From the NCBI GenBank assembly GCA_048938105.1, contig JBHLMN010000011.1:128001-192000 (forward strand): a DNA stretch of 64,000 nucleotides, given 5' to 3'. A model generated the notes under the pieces. That model made no database searches and had not been told where the DNA came from. It saw nothing but the letters and a program-made list of their open reading frames with translations. Positions within the stretch are counted from its first letter, which is position 1, and every line of letters begins with the position of its first letter. The position numbers and the translations under genes were made by a program. Source of the DNA: Promethearchaeota archaeon. GTDB lineage: Archaea > Asgardarchaeota > Heimdallarchaeia > Hodarchaeales > Hodarchaeaceae. Below, one piece after another: positions 57,447 through 64,000 of this stretch.

Positions 57447-58013
57447 ATGGAATTACTAAAAATTATCCTGATAGGAGATGGGTCAGTGGGAAAAACCTCA
57501 ATCCGTGAACGTTATCTAGGACAGGGGTTTCCCATGCAATATTTACCTACATTAGGAGCAGATTTTTCAGTAAAAGATGAGATAATCGATGGGGAAAAGA
57601 TAAGCTTCCAAATCTGGGATCTTGCAGGGCAACCTGTCTTTGAGACGATCAGAAAGATGTACTATCGAGGCGCAAGAGGTGCTTTCATTGTATGTGATGT
57701 TAGTAATCCTGAATCAGTGATGAATATACATAATTGGGTAGATGAATTGTGGAGAAATAATGGGCATGGGCCAATTCCATTTGTGATTCTAGGAAACAAG
57801 ATAGACCTAAGATACACTGGAAAGTACTGTATACCAGATCAAACGTTACAAGGAATAGCTAGAGGAATAACAATAACAATAGGGGAAGCATTACAGTTTA
57901 AGGTGACCTATTTACCTACTAGTGCTAAAACAGGAGAAAATATCACTCAGGCGTTCAAACAGCTAGGAATGCAAGTAGCATCACACAAAATGTATCATTC
58001 ACAATATGCATAA
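57447..58013 (+). CDS. Rab-like small GTPase
   Basis: GDGSVGKT, YLPTLGADF, QIWDLAGQ, YYRGA, GNKID, TSAKTG. Confidence 0.93.
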   Translation: MELLKIILIGDGSVGKTSIRERYLGQGFPMQYLPTLGADFSVKDEIIDGEKISFQIWDLAGQPVFETIRKMYYRGARGAFIVCDVSNPESVMNIHNWVDELWRNNGHGPIPFVILGNKIDLRYTGKYCIPDQTLQGIARGITITIGEALQFKVTYLPTSAKTGENITQAFKQLGMQVASHKMYHSQYA

Positions 58014-58208
58014 AGTGCCTTTAAAAATGCCCATTCGAGACGATTGGAGCTTTTATTCGAAATAAATGACTTAGAAAACCTAGGAAAACTCTTTTCACTC
58101 CCAGAAAAGACATCATTGATAATAGTATGTCAAACCTTACAAACATTGTTTCTTGAATTGAAGCTATTTATCGATATTAGAACTCCATATGTAAAAAGGA
58201 TGAAATAA

Positions 58209-59186
58209 ATGGAAAAAACTAGTAATGAAAAAAAGAAAATGACAGCAGTAGCATGGACAGGTTATGGATCACCAGAGGTTCTTAAACTTGAAAGAATAGA
58301 TATACCTACTCCCAAGAACAACGAAGTTCTAATAAAAATATATGCAACAACAGTGCACAGAGGAGATACGAGAATGCGCAAGCTAGATGTTGGAGGCTCT
58401 TTTTTTGCTCCTCTTTTGGCGCGGATATATTTTGGTATCAGAACGCCTAAGATGAGATTAGGCATGGAACTAGCTGGAGAGATAGTGGAAGTTGGAACAG
58501 ATGTTACCAAATTTAAGATTGGTGACAAAGTATGGGCAACTACTCTGTGGTCTGGTTTTGGAGGATATGCAGAATATAAGACAATGAAAGAAGACAAAGA
58601 ACTTACTTTAATGCCAACTAATATGACTTTTGAAGAAGCTGCAGTTATCCCTGCTGGAGGAATTACCGCATTAGGAATTATCAAAATGGCAAACATCCAG
58701 AGAGGACAAAAAATGCTCATTTATGGTGCTTCTGGAAGTGTAGGAGCATTTGCTGTTCAACTTGCTAAATCACTCGGTGCTGAAGTTACTGGAGTATGTA
58801 GTACTTCAAACTTAGAATTAGTAAAATCTCTAGGTGCAGATAAAGTGATTGATTACAAAACCACTGATTTCACTGACTTAAATGAAACCTATGATGTCAT
58901 CTTTGATGCTGTCAATTTATTTAAAGGCGATTATAAGAAATCATTAAAAGAAACAGGAATCTATCTTAATGTTGATAAGTCTTCAGATAAAATAAAGAAA
59001 AAAGATGCGCTTCCCCTTCTTAAAGATCTCAAAAAAATTTGTGAGGTTGGAAAGCTAAAAGCAGTGATCGATAGAACCTATAATTTGGATCAAATTGTCG
59101 AAGCTCATCGTTATGTAGATACTGGAAGAAAGAAAGGAAATATAGTTGTTACTGTTGTGGGGGGAAAATCAGACATACAGTTTTAA
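58209..59186 (+). CDS. Zn-independent MDR-family NAD(P)-dependent oxidoreductase (quinone reductase-like)
   Basis: YGSPEVL, LGMELAG.IV.VG, IYGASGSVG..AVQLAK, AH.YV..G.KKG.IV. Confidence 0.9.
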   Translation: MEKTSNEKKKMTAVAWTGYGSPEVLKLERIDIPTPKNNEVLIKIYATTVHRGDTRMRKLDVGGSFFAPLLARIYFGIRTPKMRLGMELAGEIVEVGTDVTKFKIGDKVWATTLWSGFGGYAEYKTMKEDKELTLMPTNMTFEEAAVIPAGGITALGIIKMANIQRGQKMLIYGASGSVGAFAVQLAKSLGAEVTGVCSTSNLELVKSLGADKVIDYKTTDFTDLNETYDVIFDAVNLFKGDYKKSLKETGIYLNVDKSSDKIKKKDALPLLKDLKKICEVGKLKAVIDRTYNLDQIVEAHRYVDTGRKKGNIVVTVVGGKSDIQF

Positions 59187-59217
59187 TCTTATAGAGAGAA
59201 CCTCATAGAAGGAAGAT

Positions 59218-59433
59218 TTGAACAATTATGATAGTATCTACCTCTGGTCTTTTGGATCCACGAGAATTGTTAACAACACTTTCTTTAATGATGGTATTTA
59301 TTTAAGTTCATATAACTCTACTAAAGAGGAATTACTTTCTTATACAGGTATGAGTAATTCGATTAAAGACCTTCCTTTGTGGTATTTCCCCATAGATCTT
59401 AAAGTTCTAATAGGAGAAAAAAGTAATCAGTAA
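59218..59433 (+). pseudogene. Fragment of a NosD/beta-helix surface protein
   Basis: NNYDSIYL...TRIVNNTFFNDGIYL...N.I.D.PL.YF resembles parallel beta-helix repeats; no signal peptide and truncated. Confidence 0.4.
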
Positions 59434-59533
59434 ACCCATGATTAACGGTATCATAGCTGTTAGAATTTATGGCTGTTACTTCACGAAGGGAAATGAAGGT
59501 TTAATTACATAATTAATTGCTATAGGCTATTGT

Positions 59534-60511
59534 TTATACTGATTTACGACGTCTAATGCTGAAGAGGAGTAAGCCAAAGATAATAAGAAACAAAAATATT
59601 CTGAATAACATTGCATTATCGATAATTGGTGTAAAAACAGGTGAAGAAAAACTACTCGTGTCTATTTCACTTGTAGAAAAAGGACTGATCTCTGTTGGAT
59701 TAACATCAGAATAGGAAAGATAGATGTCTCCTTCGCCATTATCGTTGCAGAAATTTTTAGTTCGAGTCACAAAACTAGAGTCAAGGAGAGAAATACCATA
59801 CTCACCATTGTTGTTGCAGGTGTTGTTTGTGAGAGTCGAAAAACCAGAAGAAATAAGAGTGATACCAGATTCATCATTATTGTTACAGGTGTTGTTGGCT
59901 ACTGTGGAAGAACCAGATGCGTAAAGGGTGATTCCATCCAAATTGTCTTTACAGGTGTTGTTAGTAAGAGTCGAAAAAGGAGAATCTCCAAGTATGATTC
60001 CATCACCAATATTATTGTTGCAAGTATTGTTGGCCACAATGGAAGATCTAGAACTGTAAAGATAGATACCAGCGACACCATTGTTGTTACAGATGTTGTC
60101 GAGAATAGTAGGAGTTCCAGCGGTAACATCTTCCACAATAATACCATGATTTGTTGCACTATCAATCCAACAATTCTGGACGCAAAAATGTTTCGTTGTT
60201 CCTCTAATAGAGATTCCGTGAGTTGAAGACCCTGTGATATTCCAGTTAGCAAGTAAATATGGGTCATTAATCAATCCTATACCACTAACTGCAATAACAG
60301 CTAAGTCACTATCATTATTGACAGTAATCGGGGCATGATACGAATAGCCCTTAGTAATTGATCGATTAACCGAATTGAATCTAGGTTCTGGATTCTTTTG
60401 TTTAGCTTCAACACTCTGGTAGAGCATTTTTAATCCAGAACTGATGAGTAATAAACCGATTAACATAGAAAAGATGATTTTTCTATTACATATCCTTTCC
60501 CACATCACCAA
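59534..60511 (-). CDS. Right-handed parallel beta-helix (NosD-like) surface protein with C-terminal TM anchor
   Basis: HAPI.VN.DSDL...G.G..DPY...WNI; ~23-aa repeats GI.L..S..ST..NNTC.NN; S/T linker, TM, RRRK. Confidence 0.88.
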   Translation of the reverse strand: MVMWERICNRKIIFSMLIGLLLISSGLKMLYQSVEAKQKNPEPRFNSVNRSITKGYSYHAPITVNNDSDLAVIAVSGIGLINDPYLLANWNITGSSTHGISIRGTTKHFCVQNCWIDSATNHGIIVEDVTAGTPTILDNICNNNGVAGIYLYSSRSSIVANNTCNNNIGDGIILGDSPFSTLTNNTCKDNLDGITLYASGSSTVANNTCNNNDESGITLISSGFSTLTNNTCNNNGEYGISLLDSSFVTRTKNFCNDNGEGDIYLSYSDVNPTEISPFSTSEIDTSSFSSPVFTPIIDNAMLFRIFLFLIIFGLLLFSIRRRKSV

Positions 60512-60716
60512 TCAATCACTCAGTAGAAAAAACAACTATAAATAGAATCACTGAGAGTTAAAAAATTTTCGCTGCTTTTCCAGTTATCTTATTTTTCTAG
60601 CCCAAGCTCTAGTCTTACTCAATGTTCCTTTTCAGATTGTTAGGTGGTGATCCAAACACAAGTTCCTCTCCCATTATTTCACATCAAAGGAGTAAGCATT
60701 ATACACATATCACTTG

Positions 60717-62180
60717 TCAAGTGACATTCTCTCCAAAGAATGCCTCCAAGTCGTTAAGTAAGAATTCTAGTGCTTTTTCCTTTATTTTCTCCATAGTTAC
60801 GGAATCAGTAGTTTCTTCTGCGAACTCGACTAGAAGATTAAGTTTACCAGAACATGTCACTACTCCTAGAACCAGATCAACAAGAGCTAATGGAAATCCT
60901 CCGCCTGGATTAAATATCAATCTATCTAATTCTAATGATCCATATGTTCTCGGAAAATCTAATCGAGTAAGGTTTGTAATAGCCATTCCGAGAAAAGGTT
61001 TGTCTAGTGAATCCATCTTCTGTCTTTTGAGAATTGAGGAAACAACATCATCTTGCTTACTGAAAGTAGTGAGTTTATCATAGCGTGGAGAATCTGAAGA
61101 AACATATCTTCCAATCATTTTGAATCCTAGTGATTCTAAAATAGCTGGATCAAGATAGCACCAGGTCAAGGGTTCCTTGAAAAGATCTTTATTTGTGTAC
61201 CGGTTTTTTAGAGTCTGATTTAATTTTCGTGCATTTTCCCAGAAACTCTTTTTCTCATTGTACTTGAAATCATGAGTGATACCACTCGCAAAATAACCCA
61301 TAGCTTCTCCACTTGGAGTTTGAAGTCGATCTCTTATACTACCAGCGACCATAACATTGGAATTAACTTTATTGCCTTTAATGATAGACTGAGCAGCTAT
61401 AAAGGCAGACATCAATGCTGTATTTATGGTAACTCCTTCTTTTTTACATTTAGCAACTAAAGTGAAAGTATCAGTTTCTGAAAGTTCAACAGAGATCATT
61501 TGATGGGTAAAGGTTTTCCAATAAGCTTCATTAAGGCTTTCATAATCTATTTGATTGAAAAATATCGGATTACTAGCCCATTTCTTATTAATCCTATTGA
61601 TGAAATATTTGACAATTCGATTCATAGAGACTTTTTGAGGAAAATTATCTTCATCAAAAGGAACAGGGTTGGGTAAAACTTCCACCTCTTGAGTGGGATT
61701 TCCAAGGTATGTCATAATATCTCTTGTAAGATAAGCCAAAGACATTCCATCACATATAATATGGTGGCAGACCATCAATAACTCTGAAACGGATTTTGAA
61801 TTAACAAGAATAAAACGAATAGCTGGACGTTCTTCAAATTGGAACGGTATCTTACATGATTGATAATATATAGACTTCCAGTGTTCTGGGGATTCTCGAG
61901 AGATAATGGTTATAGGAATTTCTTTTATTCCATCAGAGGAAAACCATGGTGTACCAGAGTCATCGATATGGATACGTACTCGCAGATTAGCATGCCTTTG
62001 TTGTGCTTTCTTAATAGCATCTTTTAGGGAAGATTCAGAAACTTCTCCTTTAATCCGAGCGATCATGGTAACTATAGAATAGGGAGAATGACTGAAAATT
62101 CGTTCCAATGGAGTAATCTTTCTATAAATCTGATCGATTTTTTCTAATGTCGTAATTTTCTCTGAATTCATGCTTTTCAC
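60717..62180 (-). CDS. Stand-alone condensation-domain (PapA5/alcohol acetyltransferase-like) acyltransferase
   Basis: RH.NLR..I, HHIICDGMS (HHxxxDG), C...GVTIN.AL.A, TNL.R. Confidence 0.85.
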   Translation of the reverse strand: MKSMNSEKITTLEKIDQIYRKITPLERIFSHSPYSIVTMIARIKGEVSESSLKDAIKKAQQRHANLRVRIHIDDSGTPWFSSDGIKEIPITIISRESPEHWKSIYYQSCKIPFQFEERPAIRFILVNSKSVSELLMVCHHIICDGMSLAYLTRDIMTYLGNPTQEVEVLPNPVPFDEDNFPQKVSMNRIVKYFINRINKKWASNPIFFNQIDYESLNEAYWKTFTHQMISVELSETDTFTLVAKCKKEGVTINTALMSAFIAAQSIIKGNKVNSNVMVAGSIRDRLQTPSGEAMGYFASGITHDFKYNEKKSFWENARKLNQTLKNRYTNKDLFKEPLTWCYLDPAILESLGFKMIGRYVSSDSPRYDKLTTFSKQDDVVSSILKRQKMDSLDKPFLGMAITNLTRLDFPRTYGSLELDRLIFNPGGGFPLALVDLVLGVVTCSGKLNLLVEFAEETTDSVTMEKIKEKALEFLLNDLEAFFGENVT

Positions 62181-62435
62181 AACTTTACCATTTTGAGCGA
62201 TGGAAAATCATAGAACTGTACCGTTACTGTTCGTAATGAGAATTGAAGGTTAATTGCCTTCCAAATTCTTTTTGTTAATAATTTTTACTGAATTAATAAA
62301 TCAATTTCATCCATATTGCACACAAAAAAAAATATAAATATGTAATAACCAACATTAAAAGAGGTGTTATTCACTAATTTTGAATAGTTGAATTCTATAA
62401 TGGGAAATACAATCTACAAGAAAAAGTGAGCTTTT

Positions 62436-64000
62436 ATGACCTTCAAGAGCACAAAAAATCAATACTTAAAATTAATTATTCTTTTATTTATTTTTACTTC
62501 GATTTTTCAATTTATAACCTCCGCTAATCACCCGATTACAAAAAATTATTATGCGTCAGATCTAGGGGTTCGAACTGATCTGAAATTATTTTCAAATAAA
62601 GCTACTTCAAATTCTAATCAATGGACGATTATGGCAATTGTTAATGCTGAAGCGATATTTGGAGAACATGCTGCTTTGGATTGTTTACAAGAACTTGAAG
62701 ATGGCTTTATACTCGGTTCAGGTATTGAAGTTGTTGCTTTAGTTGATCGTATCCCTGGTTATGACAGTTCAAATGGTAATTGGACAAACTCGCGCTATTA
62801 TCATATTGTTCCAGATAATGACACAAGAGTAATTAGTTCCGAGCTCATTCAGGAATACAATGAATTAAACCTTGGTAATCCTAATACTTACAGAAATTTT
62901 GTACTTTGGGCTCAAAGTACATATCCTGCTGAAAAATATGCTCTCACCTATATCGGCCATGGTGGTGCGGTAAGTGGCTTTAGTTTTGATATTTCTAACC
63001 AGGATCATCTAACTCTCGATGAATTTCAGCAAGCAATGTCTGGCCTCTATGTGGATGTTGTTGTTCTTGATTCATGTAAAATGGGTACTCTTGAACTGGC
63101 CTATGAATCTCGTACATTCACAGATTATATTGTATTTTCCGAGCAATTTTCTGTAACGGAAGGCCTTGATTACAAAGCTTTTATTGAAGAATTATGTAAC
63201 AAACCTTCAATGGAACCTTTAGAATTAGCAGAAATTATAGCTCGTACATCTCTGGAATGGTACACATGGAAATGGGATCTTACACATTCAGTGGTAAATT
63301 GCTCTGCACTTACACCATTTGTTAATGAACTGTCAAAACTTTCAGTCGAATTAAACAATCTCCTTCCACAAGAAATAACTAGAATAGCAGATATTAGATT
63401 ATCCGCATATTCACTTGATCATTCTTACTTAGATTTAGGATCATTTCTAAATACCCTCCATTACAATTTTAGCAATAATATATTGATTCAGGATCTCACA
63501 CAATCATTAATTGAGCTTTATGATGATATTATTCTATTCAATTATGTAGATGCTTATGCTCAAAACGCTACAGGATTAACCATTTTCTATCCGCAAGATG
63601 CTAAGTCATTAACGAACATATTTGATTTATCCAGCTATATGAATGCAACAAATTTCTTAGATTTTGATTCTCTAGATTTCCTTAGAGATTGTCTCTGGGA
63701 TGAATTTTTGTATAAATATTTACTAAATGCTCCATTAGTAAAAGAACAATTTGTACCAATTGTTAACATTGAGCCGGAAACTCCTATCAATGTCGATATC
63801 TCCCCTGAATATTCCTCGAGAAAATACAAAATCGAAATCAATACTCCCACTGCTTATCATTTTACTCTAGATGTACAAGATGGTGATCCTAGAATGACCG
63901 TCGAAAAGTCTACTTCAGGTGGACATAGCCTAGGACACCTAGGATATCTGTTTTCCGATGTGCAAAATCCTGAACAAGATATATCTGAAGATATTGTTCA
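62436..64000 (+). CDS. Secreted clostripain-family (C11) cysteine peptidase, 3'-truncated by window edge
   Basis: Open frame from ATG 62436 to the window end, absent from the ORF track because it has no stop. Signal peptide, WTIM, VDR.PGYD, ELNLGNP, YPAEKYAL, catalytic GHG (His at 62958) and LDSCKM (Cys at 63075). Confidence 0.88.
   Translation, partial: MTFKSTKNQYLKLIILLFIFTSIFQFITSANHPITKNYYASDLGVRTDLKLFSNKATSNSNQWTIMAIVNAEAIFGEHAALDCLQELEDGFILGSGIEVVALVDRIPGYDSSNGNWTNSRYYHIVPDNDTRVISSELIQEYNELNLGNPNTYRNFVLWAQSTYPAEKYALTYIGHGGAVSGFSFDISNQDHLTLDEFQQAMSGLYVDVVVLDSCKMGTLELAYESRTFTDYIVFSEQFSVTEGLDYKAFIEELCNKPSMEPLELAEIIARTSLEWYTWKWDLTHSVVNCSALTPFVNELSKLSVELNNLLPQEITRIADIRLSAYSLDHSYLDLGSFLNTLHYNFSNNILIQDLTQSLIELYDDIILFNYVDAYAQNATGLTIFYPQDAKSLTNIFDLSSYMNATNFLDFDSLDFLRDCLWDEFLYKYLLNAPLVKEQFVPIVNIEPETPINVDISPEYSSRKYKIEINTPTAYHFTLDVQDGDPRMTVEKSTSGGHSLGHLGYLFSDVQNPEQDISEDIV

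Noticed and set aside
47639-58013. Proto-CAAX processing pathway (ICMT-like + Rce1-like CPBP + Rab-like GTPases)
   Set aside because: The GTPases end in NNKVN and HSQYA with no Cys, the genes are not contiguous, no prenyltransferase is present, and ICMT-like and CPBP families are common in prokaryotes.
70-63850. Numerous short antisense or overlapping ORFs in the track (e.g. 10405-10710, 12571-12885, 29677-30057, 58262-58720, 60622-61083, 63170-63358, 63635-63850)
   Set aside because: They overlap well-supported CDS on the other strand or frame and carry no recognisable motifs.
1-64000. tRNA, rRNA, CRISPR array, transposase/integrase, Sec/Pyl read-through
   Set aside because: No cloverleaf, no regularly spaced repeat-spacer array and no DDE/HUH/tyrosine recombinase motifs were seen. 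The split genes are explained by frameshifts, not in-frame TGA/TAG.

Overview
A gene-dense, AT-rich archaeal chromosomal segment, most likely from an Asgard archaeon of the Heimdallarchaeia/Hodarchaeales type. That assignment is inferred from two Rab-like small GTPases, a membrane RING-finger protein, PGF/Heimdall-CTERM-anchored giant surface proteins, DUF63, DUF2769 and expanded ArsR-like wHTH proteins. The window holds about 52 CDS, including two partial ones at the edges (a CoA-binding protein and a clostripain that the ORF track misses), plus several pseudogenes and relics. I found no rRNA, tRNA, CRISPR array or intact transposase. Top candidates: (1) a three-gene operon at 41045-45781 carrying six copies of a sulfite-oxidase-like molybdopterin-binding domain. 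Four are in a lipoprotein, one is fused to an extracellular metallophosphoesterase and one is fused to an ECF S component, which suggests an undescribed Mo/W-cofactor (pterin) scavenging and import system. (2) An adjacent DUF1405 (LhaT-like) and DUF63 (Ali-like) pair, a candidate archaeal lipoprotein lipidation plus N-acetylation module. (3) A receptor-like signal peptide-ectodomain-TM-RING protein resembling the architecture of eukaryotic membrane E3 ligases. (4) A His-to-Tyr pseudo-histidine kinase and a DUF6745/RQGD gene pair. All family assignments come from motif recognition by eye; no database search was run.
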